Origin: Bacteroidales bacterium
GTDB taxonomy: Bacteria; Bacteroidota; Bacteroidia; Bacteroidales; UBA7960
NCBI GenBank assembly: GCA_041687035.1
Contig: JAWLCS010000002.1
Coordinates: 22,738 to 86,737, forward strand
Length of the DNA stretch: 64,000 nt
Direction: 5' to 3'
The position numbers were made by a program, and so were the translations under genes. Of the stretch, positions 1-9,584 are shown one piece after another. The notes under the pieces are model-generated. The model ran no database searches. It worked only from the letters and a program-made list of their open reading frames with translations, and was not told the DNA's origin. Position 1 is the stretch's first letter; each line of letters begins with the position of its first letter.

Positions 1-129
1 TACTTCCCAGTGGTACCAAAAGGACAGGCCCGCATTCGCATCCAACTTTCGGCGGCACACGAACGCCACCACCTCGACAAGGCCATCGAAGCCTTCATTA
101 AGGTGGGAAAAGAACTGAAGGTGATTTGA
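1..129 (+). CDS. kbl: Glycine C-acetyltransferase (2-amino-3-ketobutyrate CoA ligase), 3' end only
   Basis: Frame 1 reads [42 protein letters not shown] (TGA 127-129), the typical Kbl C-terminus. Confidence 0.9.
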   Translation, partial: YFPVVPKGQARIRIQLSAAHERHHLDKAIEAFIKVGKELKVI

Positions 130-150
130 TATTTTAACTTCTTATATTTC

Positions 151-184
151 AAAAGCCCTGCGAGAAATTGCGGGGCTTTTTTTT
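151..184 (+). terminator. Intrinsic terminator after kbl
   Basis: AAAAGCCCTGCG-agaaat-TGCGGGGCTTTT followed by a T run. Confidence 0.85.
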
Positions 185-489
185 ATTTAAATCGGTCATT
201 GACTTGTTTTTGAAATCGAGAAAGGGATACAAAAGACATATTCAATTTGCATAACTGAATCATTTTATTATACTTAAGAGAATAATTAAATATCATAGGT
301 GCCTTTTTTCGAGATTTTGTTTCTAATTTTATGAGGCGGTATGAAAAGGAAAGAAATTGAAAATTTACTGCCGAGGAATTGGCCAAGGAGGAGATACAAC
401 CTCATGAGAAAATGATATTGCTTTTGAAATACCAGTATGATACAACCCCCTTTTTTCATATACTAACTTTATTAACAACCCTTTAAATC

Positions 490-1089
490 ATGGAAACCCA
501 AACTGAGCCCAAACCCCAAAAATCATTTTTCCAAAAATTAAAAGAAGACAAAACCCTGGCTTATTTAAACAAACACAAACTGCCTTTTGCTCTTTTACTG
601 GTATTACTGGTGGTTTTTATCTTTTTTACCATAAAAACAAGGAATCTTGAAAAGGAGCATTTTGTAAAGCAACGAAAGCTTATAGAGCATTACGACTTTG
701 CCATTGACAGCCTGCAAATCTCAAACGTTGAGCTTGCCGTAAAAGCGTTTTCGTGGGCAGTTCGCAGCGAGTTGCTCCGCGATAACATTGAGCAGGTAAA
801 TCAGATCTTTGTTTCTTTTGTGCAGGAGCCCGGAATTTTAAATGTTAAACTGGTTAATCCACGCACCGCTATTGTTACGCTTTCAACAAACAAAAAAGAA
901 GAGGGCTCTCCATTTGAAAACGTGTCATTGCTCCAGACCGATGAGCAAGTAGTTACTACTACTGACAACCATATTCTGGCCATTACCCCCATCATGGGCA
1001 TGAATGTTAAACTGGGTGTTTTAGTAGTAGAAGTTCAGAAGGGCATGATAAAACATAACAAAGAAACCGTTGAACCCCAAGAACAATAA
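490..1089 (+). CDS. Hypothetical single-pass membrane protein with a probable periplasmic alpha/beta domain
   Basis: 199-aa ORF with one hydrophobic segment (LPFALLLVLLVVFIFFTI) and an A-rich leader. Confidence 0.75.
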   Translation: METQTEPKPQKSFFQKLKEDKTLAYLNKHKLPFALLLVLLVVFIFFTIKTRNLEKEHFVKQRKLIEHYDFAIDSLQISNVELAVKAFSWAVRSELLRDNIEQVNQIFVSFVQEPGILNVKLVNPRTAIVTLSTNKKEEGSPFENVSLLQTDEQVVTTTDNHILAITPIMGMNVKLGVLVVEVQKGMIKHNKETVEPQEQ

Positions 1090-1300
1090 CCCAGGGGTTT
1101 TCCGAAAGAAAAGTAAAAAATTAATCTGTCACTCAAAAACCTTCTTTGGGTTAGTGCAAAGCATTTGGGCCTTGAGCTTTTATCAAAAAAACATGTGAGG
1201 TTGATTTTCGGGGGATTAGACTATCTGAACTGGATAAAGAAGCTGCCGAAAAAGAAAAAACCACAAGAAACCTTTTTTGAATAATTTCCAATTTATAAAC

Positions 1301-2833
1301 ATGAAAAGACTTTCCTTTCTACTGACCTTTTTATTCCTGACAACAGGTTTTTCCTTATCCGGGCAAACATCGGAGGTAATAAAAAAACTTGACGCCTATT
1401 ACGAGCAGGTACTGAAAGACTGGGACCTTCCGGGCATGGCCATTGGCATTGTGAAGGATGGCGAGCTGATCTTCAGCAAGGGATATGGCGCAATGGAGGT
1501 GGGCAAGCCCGGCGCGCCCGACCAAAACACCCTGTTTGCCATAGCTTCCAACACCAAGGCTTTTACTGCATCCATGCTGGCTATGCTGGTGCAGGAAGGA
1601 AAAATATCGTGGAACGACCCGGTGCGTATGTATCTGCCCTGGTTTGAGGTTTACGACCCTTGGGTAAGCAACGAAGCCACCATTCGCGATCTGCTGAGCC
1701 ACCGCATTGGGCTGGGCACCTTCAGCGGCGATGTGGTGTGGTACAAGTCTGATCTGACCGCCAAAGAGATTGTCGGGGCCGCAAAGTATCTGCCAAAAGC
1801 TTTTGATTTTCGCAGCGGGTATGGCTACTCCAACCTGATGTATCTGGCCGCCGGCTTGGTGATCGAGGAAGTTACCGGCAAAAGCTGGATTGAAAACGTG
1901 CAGGAACGCATTCTCGATCCGCTGGGCATGAGCCGCACCATTGTTAGTCCAGCCGAACTTGCTTCAAAAGGCAATTTTGCAACCCCCCACGCACGACAAG
2001 CTGATAAAAACATCCCCATTGAATATGAAGACTGGACCGTGGTGGCACCCATGGGCGGGCTGATCTCTAGCGTAAAGGATGTGGCCCAATGGATGATCTT
2101 TAACATGAATCACGGCATTTGGGGCGAAGACACCCTTTTAACACCCGCCTCAATAAACCTGATGTGGACCCCGCACAGCAACTTTGTGGTCAATCATACC
2201 CGTCCGCAGGATTTCAACCGCCATTTCAATGCCTATGGGCTGGGCTGGGGCCTGAGCGATTACCACGGCCGCCTTAGCGTGGGCCATACCGGCGGTTACG
2301 ATGGCATGATATCGGAAGTGCGCATGATACCCGACGAAAAGCTGGGTGTGGTGGTGCTGACCAACGGCATAAGAAGCCCAATAACCGCCGTAACGCAATA
2401 TACCCTGGAGGCCATGCTGGGCCTTGAGCCACGCAACTGGTCGGCTGAGATACTGGAACGACAGGCACGCCGCCCCGCCGAAGACCCGCGCATTACTGCC
2501 ATAAAGAATGCCAGGGTGCTGCGCACCAAACCCACACTCGAACTGAAGGAGTATGTGGGCACCTACCAATCGGCCATTTACGGAAACATTAGCGTTAGCC
2601 TTGAAGGCAATAACCTGCGGCTGAACTTTGAGCGTTCGCCCGAGCTTTCGGCCACCCTGAGCCACTGGCACTACGATGTATGGGAGATCAAATGGGACCG
2701 CCTGCATGCCTGGTTCGACTTCGGCGTAGTGAAGTTCAACACCAACAACAAGCAGCAGATCACTGGCATGGACATTGAAGTGCCCAACGGCGATATCTTC
2801 TTTGAAGAGCTGAAACCGGTGCGGGTGAGGTAA
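1301..2833 (+). CDS. Serine hydrolase, beta-lactamase/peptidase S12 family with DUF3471-like C-terminal domain
   Basis: Signal peptide; SxxK (ASNTK), YxN (YSN) and HTG motifs; ATG at 1301 preferred to TTG at 1277. Confidence 0.9.
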   Translation: MKRLSFLLTFLFLTTGFSLSGQTSEVIKKLDAYYEQVLKDWDLPGMAIGIVKDGELIFSKGYGAMEVGKPGAPDQNTLFAIASNTKAFTASMLAMLVQEGKISWNDPVRMYLPWFEVYDPWVSNEATIRDLLSHRIGLGTFSGDVVWYKSDLTAKEIVGAAKYLPKAFDFRSGYGYSNLMYLAAGLVIEEVTGKSWIENVQERILDPLGMSRTIVSPAELASKGNFATPHARQADKNIPIEYEDWTVVAPMGGLISSVKDVAQWMIFNMNHGIWGEDTLLTPASINLMWTPHSNFVVNHTRPQDFNRHFNAYGLGWGLSDYHGRLSVGHTGGYDGMISEVRMIPDEKLGVVVLTNGIRSPITAVTQYTLEAMLGLEPRNWSAEILERQARRPAEDPRITAIKNARVLRTKPTLELKEYVGTYQSAIYGNISVSLEGNNLRLNFERSPELSATLSHWHYDVWEIKWDRLHAWFDFGVVKFNTNNKQQITGMDIEVPNGDIFFEELKPVRVR

Positions 2834-2843
2834 ACTGGATTTT

Positions 2844-4388
2844 TTACCGCAGAAGCTTAGCCCTGAATGTTTTTGCTGCCGTTTCGAGGCTTATTATGTA
2901 AATCCCTGAAGCCCAGCCAGAAGATTCAATAGCTATTGTTCCTGATTTTTCCGGAATGATTTCCTTACGGAAAACGATTACTCCCTGCGAATTAAAAATC
3001 TGTAAGCGGGAAGCGGAAGTTACCATGGGTAACTCCACAGTAAAAAAATCACCTTTAACAGGATTGGGATACACATTCAGCGGGTTGGAATATTCAAAAT
3101 TGTTAACTGAAGTACCCGACCCCGGGTAAAGCAGCACTGTCTCTTGCACATTTTCATTGAGCACCGAAACAAAACCTTCTTCTGTAAGGTAGCCTGTATG
3201 CGTCACCGTGTAGGCAAGCTGGCTGCCTCCTTCCACCCCCGAAAAAACTGCTACGCCGGAGGAGTTGGTGGTTTGCGGAGCAAAGCCATCCAACTGAACG
3301 GTGGCTCCCTGGATGGCCGCCTCAGTTATGCCGTGCTTAACGGTAAAATGAACGTTGAAAACACCCCCTGCCGCGGCCTCAAAAAGTTGCCCGTTTACCA
3401 CATACCAGCTTTGCCACTCGCCGCCACTGACGGTTTGCCAGTCGTTCAGGTCAAAGGTATTATTCCCCTGCGGGTTACCCAGTATTTTATAAACCGACAG
3501 GGCCTGCCCGCCATGGTTCCATGTGAGGGGCGTGCCGCTTTCGCAAACCTCGGGGGCGCCGCCATTCACCTTGAGGAAATAGGCAAAATCGTCGTAGGAA
3601 GGATTGCCAAAAACCCTTGCCAGCCCATTTTCATCCACCCCCACAGCAGTGTATTCATTCACCCCAAGGCCTTTGGCATCCATTTCCCAATCAGCCACCA
3701 TCCGTGCCAGAAAAGCCACATGCCGGCCTTTGCGGTCTTCATCATCGCCTTGCACACGGTTATAGTGCGAGTCAGTAACCAGTTCTTCAAGAAAAGGAAT
3801 TTGCAGGAAGTCATTATCAAGGGTTACCCTGAAGTGGTAAGGATTATTTAATGCCTCCGTTGACCAGACCGTATTGTTTTCGGCTGTATAAACTACGCCT
3901 CCCAACACGGCAAGCCCGGCACTGGTGCCGCCTACAGTTACGCCCTTTTCATCAATCAGGTATTGAATGGCATCGTGAACCAAGGTGTTTTTCCAGTAAT
4001 TGACATAGTCCCACTGATTGCCACCGGCAATAAAAAGCGCCTCTGCATTTACAATGGCATCGTAAACCGACTGGTTATTTGCCTGGGTCCGGCTGGAAAT
4101 AACAATGGTAGTTACTGAATTTACCGGCACACTGAGGCTTGAAAAAAGGTAGTTGTTGTAGCCATCACTTCCGGTGGCCCGGATCACCACAATATCGCCC
4201 CCATCGGCCCTTTGCAAAAACCAGCGCATGGCATCATCGTTATCCGTATTGCCACCGGCCAGCAAAATGCCTGCTTCCGGGCTGGTTTGCACATCGGTCG
4301 TGGAACCCGTGTGGAAAAATGTTTGGGAAAAACCCATTAAGGGGAGGGAGAAAAAAACACCAAAAATGAGGACCAGTGACCACTTCAT
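2844..4388 (-). CDS. Secreted cyanophycinase-like peptidase (S51) with Ig-like domain and T9SS type A C-terminal sorting domain
   Basis: Signal peptide; FIAGGNQ, GGTSAG nucleophile, DSHY..R..GR and GVNE motifs; C-terminal VYPNP...IFNSQG...SGIYII...K. Confidence 0.85.
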   Translation of the reverse strand: MKWSLVLIFGVFFSLPLMGFSQTFFHTGSTTDVQTSPEAGILLAGGNTDNDDAMRWFLQRADGGDIVVIRATGSDGYNNYLFSSLSVPVNSVTTIVISSRTQANNQSVYDAIVNAEALFIAGGNQWDYVNYWKNTLVHDAIQYLIDEKGVTVGGTSAGLAVLGGVVYTAENNTVWSTEALNNPYHFRVTLDNDFLQIPFLEELVTDSHYNRVQGDDEDRKGRHVAFLARMVADWEMDAKGLGVNEYTAVGVDENGLARVFGNPSYDDFAYFLKVNGGAPEVCESGTPLTWNHGGQALSVYKILGNPQGNNTFDLNDWQTVSGGEWQSWYVVNGQLFEAAAGGVFNVHFTVKHGITEAAIQGATVQLDGFAPQTTNSSGVAVFSGVEGGSQLAYTVTHTGYLTEEGFVSVLNENVQETVLLYPGSGTSVNNFEYSNPLNVYPNPVKGDFFTVELPMVTSASRLQIFNSQGVIVFRKEIIPEKSGTIAIESSGWASGIYIISLETAAKTFRAKLLR

Positions 4389-4557
4389 AACCAAATCTTT
4401 TTACTAAAGTAAATGGTTTTTCAAAAAATTTTAAGAAATTTCTTCAAAAAAGCCATACTTAAACCGGTGATAAATTTCTGATTCATTGAATTTAGTTTCA
4501 ACAGTTGACCGAGAAATTAAAGCAAAGCCTTAATTTTGTCTGAATAAAATCCCACCT

Positions 4558-5979
4558 ATGGAAAAACTGACAAAAATTGTGGCCACTATTTCTGACAAGC
4601 GTTGCGAGCCTGAATTTTTAAGGCAATTGCACGAAGCCGGAATGGATGTAGTGCGTTTAAACACTGCGCACCAAACGCCAGAGCAAGCCCTTGGGCTGGT
4701 GGAAAATGTTCGCAAGGTTTCGAACCGTATTTCACTGATGGTCGACACCAAGGGGCCCGAGATCAGGACCAATACCTCACCCAACGATGTGATTGTGACC
4801 AAAGATCAGCTTATCATGGTAAAAGGCAAAAAAGGAATGCTTTCGAATGATCAGTGCCTTTACGTGGATTTCGATGGGTTTGTTGACCGGCTTTCTGTAG
4901 GTTATAAGATTATGATTGATGATGGTGAAATTGAGTTGCTGGTTATTGAAAAGCATCCTGAGCACCTGATTTGCCGCGTTTGTAATTCGGGAATTATTAA
5001 GGGAAGAAAAAGCGTGAACCTGCCGGGGGTGCCTATTGACCTGCCATCCCTAACCAAAAAAGATATTGAATTTATTGAATGGGGAATTAAAAACAATATC
5101 GATTTTATTGCCCACTCGTTTGTAAGAAACAAGCAAGATGTGCTCGATATTCAAGATATCCTGGACAAACACAACAGCCCCATTAAGATTATTGCCAAGA
5201 TAGAAAACCAACAGGGTGTTGACAATATCGACGAGATTCTTGAGCATGTATATGGTATTATGGTAGCCCGCGGCGACCTGGCCATTGAGGTGCCGGCTGA
5301 GCGTATCCCCGTGATCCAGGCCATGCTGGTAAAAAAGTGTATTCGCCAGAAAAAAGCCGTGATCATTGCCACGCAAATGCTGCATTCGATGATTACCAAT
5401 CCGCGGCCCACCCGAGCCGAAGTAAGCGACATTGCCACAGCCATCTTTTCGGGCACCGATGCCATTATGCTCAGTGGCGAAACTGCCTACGGCAAATACC
5501 CCCTGGAGTCCGTGCAAATTATGACCCGCACTGCCCATGAAACTGAGAACAGCAAACCCTTCCTGATCGAAAGCAAGGTGATGCCCCACGACAACGACAT
5601 TTCTGTTTTCCTTTCGAAAACTGCAGTTCGGTCCATTCAAAAGCTAAATACCAGGGCCATTATTACCGATACCGATACCGGGAAAACCGCCAGGTACCTC
5701 TCCGCGTTCAGGGGCAGAACGCCCATTTATGCACAGTGCTACGACCACCGTGTGGTGCGCGAGCTTGCCTTGAACTATGGCATTTATGCCGACTTTATGG
5801 AGGTGGAAACTTCCAAAAAAGATTTCACCAGGGCTACCCTGACCCGGCTCATAAAAAAGGACGAGATTAAGCCTGAAGACCTTATTGTGGTTATGGCCGG
5901 AAATTTTGGCAAAAAGTCGGGGCCCAGCTACGTGGAAATCAGCACTGCACAAAACATGCTCTCAACCGAAAAGCATTAG
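4558..5979 (+). CDS. pyk: Pyruvate kinase
   Basis: TKIVAT, DTKGPEIRT, AKIEN, MVARGDL, ATQML and PTRAEVSD motifs. Confidence 0.97.
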   Translation: MEKLTKIVATISDKRCEPEFLRQLHEAGMDVVRLNTAHQTPEQALGLVENVRKVSNRISLMVDTKGPEIRTNTSPNDVIVTKDQLIMVKGKKGMLSNDQCLYVDFDGFVDRLSVGYKIMIDDGEIELLVIEKHPEHLICRVCNSGIIKGRKSVNLPGVPIDLPSLTKKDIEFIEWGIKNNIDFIAHSFVRNKQDVLDIQDILDKHNSPIKIIAKIENQQGVDNIDEILEHVYGIMVARGDLAIEVPAERIPVIQAMLVKKCIRQKKAVIIATQMLHSMITNPRPTRAEVSDIATAIFSGTDAIMLSGETAYGKYPLESVQIMTRTAHETENSKPFLIESKVMPHDNDISVFLSKTAVRSIQKLNTRAIITDTDTGKTARYLSAFRGRTPIYAQCYDHRVVRELALNYGIYADFMEVETSKKDFTRATLTRLIKKDEIKPEDLIVVMAGNFGKKSGPSYVEISTAQNMLSTEKH

Positions 5980-6026
5980 GAGAAAGAACATGAAACCCTG
6001 ATTACTAACCTTTTAAATGGCATCTA

Positions 6027-7382
6027 ATGAGCATTAGCATTAAAAATATTACCATCGACAGCATCCGCGATGCCATAAAAGAACAGCACAACGATTATCT
6101 GCTTCAGGTCATTAACGAGCTCTATGCTGCCGACATTGCCGAGGTGATGGACGAGCTGAGCCTGGAGGAGGCCAAGTATTTATATACCCTGCTCGAGAAG
6201 GAAGAGGCGGCCGAGGTGCTAATGGAGCTGGAGGACGATGTACGCGAGCGCTTCCTTTCTTCTTTCTCCACCCAGGAAATTGCCCACGAGTTTATCGACA
6301 ACCTCGAGTCGGACGATGCCGCTGACCTTATCAATGAGCTTCCCGACGATATGCGGGGTGAGATCCTGGCCCACATCGAAGACCGCCAACAGGCCCAGGA
6401 TATTGCCGACCTGCTCATTTTCCCCACCAACAGTGCTGGTGGCCTTATGGGAAAGGAGCTGGTGAAGGTGCATTCGAGCTGGCACGTGGTTACCTGTATT
6501 CGCGAAATGCGCCGCCAGGCCGAAGAGGTGGAAAATGTATATACCGTTTATGTGGTCGATGACGACGAGCGGCTGGTAGGGCTGCTCTCGCTCGAAAAGC
6601 TGCTCATTGCTTCGCCCCGCGACAAGATTGAAAAACTCTACGACCCCGATGTGATCTCGGTAAAAGCCTCCCAAAAAGGAGAAGAAGTGGCCCAGATCAT
6701 GAATAAATACGACTTGGTTGTGTTGCCTGTGGTAGATGAGCTGGGACGACTCATTGGCCGCATTACGATCGATGACGTGGTGGACTTTATTAAGGATGAA
6801 GCCGAGCGCGACTACCAGTTATTGTCGGGTATTACCCAGGATATTGAGTCGACTGACAAGGTTTGGGAAATTACCCAGGGTAGGCTTTTCTGGTTGGTGA
6901 TTGCCCTGTTTGGGGGCATTATTGGCTCACGTGTGATTTCTAATTACGAAGAGCAGATCAGCATCAACCCCGAAATGGCGTTTTTCATGCCCCTGATTGC
7001 GGCCATGGGCGGCAATGTGGGCGTACAGTCGTCGGCGCTGATCGTGCAGGGCCTTGCAAACCATACCCTGAGCGGTGGAATAATTCCCAGGCTGATTAAA
7101 GAACTGTCGGTAGGTGCTATCAACGGGCTGGTTTGTTCGGCCATCTTAATGGCCTACAGTTTCTTTTTTGCCCCTTCTTTGGCGCTGGGTCTTACCGTTA
7201 GCGTGGCCCTAATGACCGTGATCCTGTTTGCCTCCATTTTCGGGTCTTTCGTGCCATTGATGCTCAACAAATTCAAAATTGATCCGGCCCTTGCCACCGG
7301 CCCATTTATCACCACCTCCAACGACATCATAGGCCTGTTCATTTATTTTATGATAGGCCGGCTGATGTATGGGCTGTTTTAA
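6027..7382 (+). CDS. mgtE: Magnesium transporter MgtE
   Basis: Acidic N-domain, CBS pair, GGNVGVQ and DPALATGPFITT motifs. Confidence 0.95.
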   Translation: MSISIKNITIDSIRDAIKEQHNDYLLQVINELYAADIAEVMDELSLEEAKYLYTLLEKEEAAEVLMELEDDVRERFLSSFSTQEIAHEFIDNLESDDAADLINELPDDMRGEILAHIEDRQQAQDIADLLIFPTNSAGGLMGKELVKVHSSWHVVTCIREMRRQAEEVENVYTVYVVDDDERLVGLLSLEKLLIASPRDKIEKLYDPDVISVKASQKGEEVAQIMNKYDLVVLPVVDELGRLIGRITIDDVVDFIKDEAERDYQLLSGITQDIESTDKVWEITQGRLFWLVIALFGGIIGSRVISNYEEQISINPEMAFFMPLIAAMGGNVGVQSSALIVQGLANHTLSGGIIPRLIKELSVGAINGLVCSAILMAYSFFFAPSLALGLTVSVALMTVILFASIFGSFVPLMLNKFKIDPALATGPFITTSNDIIGLFIYFMIGRLMYGLF

Positions 7383-7385
7383 GTT

Positions 7386-7970
7386 TTATCTGAGACTGTT
7401 CTCCCAGTTGAGTGTTCCGATCATGTGGCGTATGTCTTCCTCCAGAAAGTTGATGACGGGCGCCAGAGAATCGTTGTTTGGAGAAACATTGAAATAGAGT
7501 GCCCCGCGCAAGAAGTGGCTAAGGCTGTCGGTAACATAAAATTGCAACGTAGAAGCTGCCTCTGCCCCTTTGATTTCATAGAGAACACCATAAATGCGCC
7601 GCTCATCATCGCGTATCATCTCTTCGGTAATGGCCGTTGCCTTGGGAATATGCTTCTGTGCAAAGCTGCGGGCATCTTCAAAAAAGACAGCCAGGTCGGC
7701 AGGGCGTTTTACCGGTTTGTAACTCAGGTGGAGGGCGCCCTTAAAGTCAGGAAAGATAAGGTCGCCCCAGTAAGGCTCGGCCGAAGGGCGCTTGTCGGGC
7801 ACAAATTCACTGTAAACAGGATACTCGAAAGAGTAGGGAAAAGACGACTCGAGGCGCACATATTCTTTTTCAGGAAGATGAATGCGAAAAAAGCCGCGGG
7901 GCTTGGGGCTATAGTTTCCCTGACAGGCGATCAGAAACAGCGAGGCAATAATGGGCAGGTATTTTTTCAT
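7386..7970 (-). CDS. gldD: Gliding motility lipoprotein GldD
   Basis: Lipobox LIAC; PKPRGFFR and QFYVTDS..HFLRGALYF...NNDSLAP motifs; next to gldE. Confidence 0.92.
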   Translation of the reverse strand: MKKYLPIIASLFLIACQGNYSPKPRGFFRIHLPEKEYVRLESSFPYSFEYPVYSEFVPDKRPSAEPYWGDLIFPDFKGALHLSYKPVKRPADLAVFFEDARSFAQKHIPKATAITEEMIRDDERRIYGVLYEIKGAEAASTLQFYVTDSLSHFLRGALYFNVSPNNDSLAPVINFLEEDIRHMIGTLNWENSLR

Positions 7971-7995
7971 TCGAAAATAATTTGTTTATTAAGGA

Positions 7996-8059
7996 TCGGA
8001 TGGAACTCGCATAATGATTTTCATCCGTGCTAATGCTTAACGAATCATGCTCGTTTCAT
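7996..8059 (-). repeat. Dispersed ~65-bp two-hairpin element, copy 1
   Basis: Reverse complement matches 52756-52820 at 57 of 65 aligned positions (manual alignment). Confidence 0.9.
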
Positions 8060-8073
8060 AATATGGCGGAGCT

Positions 8074-9414
8074 TTATTCCTTTGGTTCGGGTTTTATGTC
8101 AACCCTTATGCGTTTAATGCGGCGATTGTCCACGCCTTCTACCTGGAATTCGTAGTTGCGGAACTTCACCTTCTCTCCCTTAAATGGCAGCTCCTGCTTT
8201 ATTTCCAAAATCAATCCTGCCAGCGTGTCGGCTTCGCCTTTTACATCAGAAAAAAGCTCATAATCGGCGCCGGTTATCTTGCAGAAGTCCTTCAGCAAGG
8301 TTTTCCCTTCAAACACATAGGTGTTGGCATCGAGCTTGGAATAAATGTATTCGTCGGTGTCGAACTCGTCATTGATCTCACCCACAATTTCCTCAAGAAT
8401 ATCTTCAAGGGTTACCAAGCCAGATGTGCCACCATACTCATCGACCACGATGGCCAGGTGAATCTTCTTTTCCTGAAACTCTTTCAGCAGGTCGTTTATT
8501 TTTTTGCTTTCGGGCACGAAAAAGCAGGGCCGCACCAACTTCTGCCACTCAAAATTGTCGGCCTTTTCAAGGTAGGGCAACAAGTCCTTAATGTAAAGAA
8601 TCCCCTCTACGTTGTCGAAACTATCGCGATACACAGGCACACGACTATAGCCGGCATCAAGGATAATGGGCAAGAGTTTTGAGAAAGGGATGGTGATTTC
8701 CACGGCTACCACATCGACCCTGGAGCGCATGATTTCGCGGGCATAAATATTTCCGAAACGCACAATGCCGCGAAGGATGTTTTTGTCTTCTTCGGTAGTG
8801 GTATTATCGGCTGTTATTTCGAGGGCATGCGAAAGTTCATTCATGCTGAGGTTGGGTCTTTTGCGGGCCATGCGCTCATCGATCATGCTGGTGGACCGCA
8901 CCAGCAGCGTGCTTAGGGGCCAGAATATTTTCCGCAGAAAAAGAAGAGGGGACACCATTAGGCAGGCCATCTTTACCGAATGCTGGGCAGCATAAACCTT
9001 TGGAAGAACTTCAGCAAATACAAGGATTATGAAAGTGATGAGAATAACCTGCACAATGAAACCGAGCACCGGACTTTGTGAGAAATCGAAAAGACTGCTG
9101 AACACCGAAGCCGAAATAATAATTATGGCAATGTTAAATACATTGTTGGCAATAAGAATGCTTGCCAGGAGCCGTTTGGGCTTTTCGAGCAAGATAAGAA
9201 TACCCTTGCTTGCTTTGGTCTGTCGCTTGCGCAGCTCTTCCACCTGGTTGTGCGTCAGCGAAAAGAAGGCAACCTCTGAGCCGGAAATAAAGGCTGAAAA
9301 AACTAGCAGCACCAGCATAGCCAATATTCCGAACAAGGCATTGGCCGGAATGGTATCAATAAATAAAAGCAGAGGTGATATACAACAAGAATAAGGGTCG
9401 GGTGAATCTTCCAA
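8074..9414 (-). CDS. gldE: Gliding motility-associated protein GldE (CNNM/CBS/CorC hemolysin-like)
   Basis: SGSEVAFFSL, DUF21 TM region, CBS pair, VVDEYGGTSG and CorC tail; upstream of gldD. Confidence 0.9.
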   Translation of the reverse strand: MEDSPDPYSCCISPLLLFIDTIPANALFGILAMLVLLVFSAFISGSEVAFFSLTHNQVEELRKRQTKASKGILILLEKPKRLLASILIANNVFNIAIIIISASVFSSLFDFSQSPVLGFIVQVILITFIILVFAEVLPKVYAAQHSVKMACLMVSPLLFLRKIFWPLSTLLVRSTSMIDERMARKRPNLSMNELSHALEITADNTTTEEDKNILRGIVRFGNIYAREIMRSRVDVVAVEITIPFSKLLPIILDAGYSRVPVYRDSFDNVEGILYIKDLLPYLEKADNFEWQKLVRPCFFVPESKKINDLLKEFQEKKIHLAIVVDEYGGTSGLVTLEDILEEIVGEINDEFDTDEYIYSKLDANTYVFEGKTLLKDFCKITGADYELFSDVKGEADTLAGLILEIKQELPFKGEKVKFRNYEFQVEGVDNRRIKRIRVDIKPEPKE

Positions 9415-9584
9415 GGTTCAATCAAAGCTTTGTTTCACGGCAAAATTAATACAAATTTTGGCATGCTTCCAAAAATTATTAAACTGCTGTAAAACAGACA
9501 ATGTACTTAATATCTCCTGCTCCGTTTTTAAGGGTAAAATTGACTAATTTTGTATAATAACAATTCTGAACCCCGCCCCTGCCA

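Noticed and set aside
286-486. Protein-like frame (MRRYEKERN*KFTAEELAKEEIQ...) with an in-frame TGA, suggesting readthrough or a pseudogene
   Set aside because: Short, no recognisable family, further stops upstream, and other genes here use TGA as a normal stop
1301-2833. Class C beta-lactamase resistance gene
   Set aside because: Length, the HTG motif and the extra C-terminal domain fit general S12 serine hydrolases; resistance cannot be inferred
7996-8059. Hammerhead ribozyme reading of the repeat (GAAAC-stem-GUU)
   Set aside because: The required CUGANGA core is absent: CGGAUGA in one copy and CGGAUGU in the other
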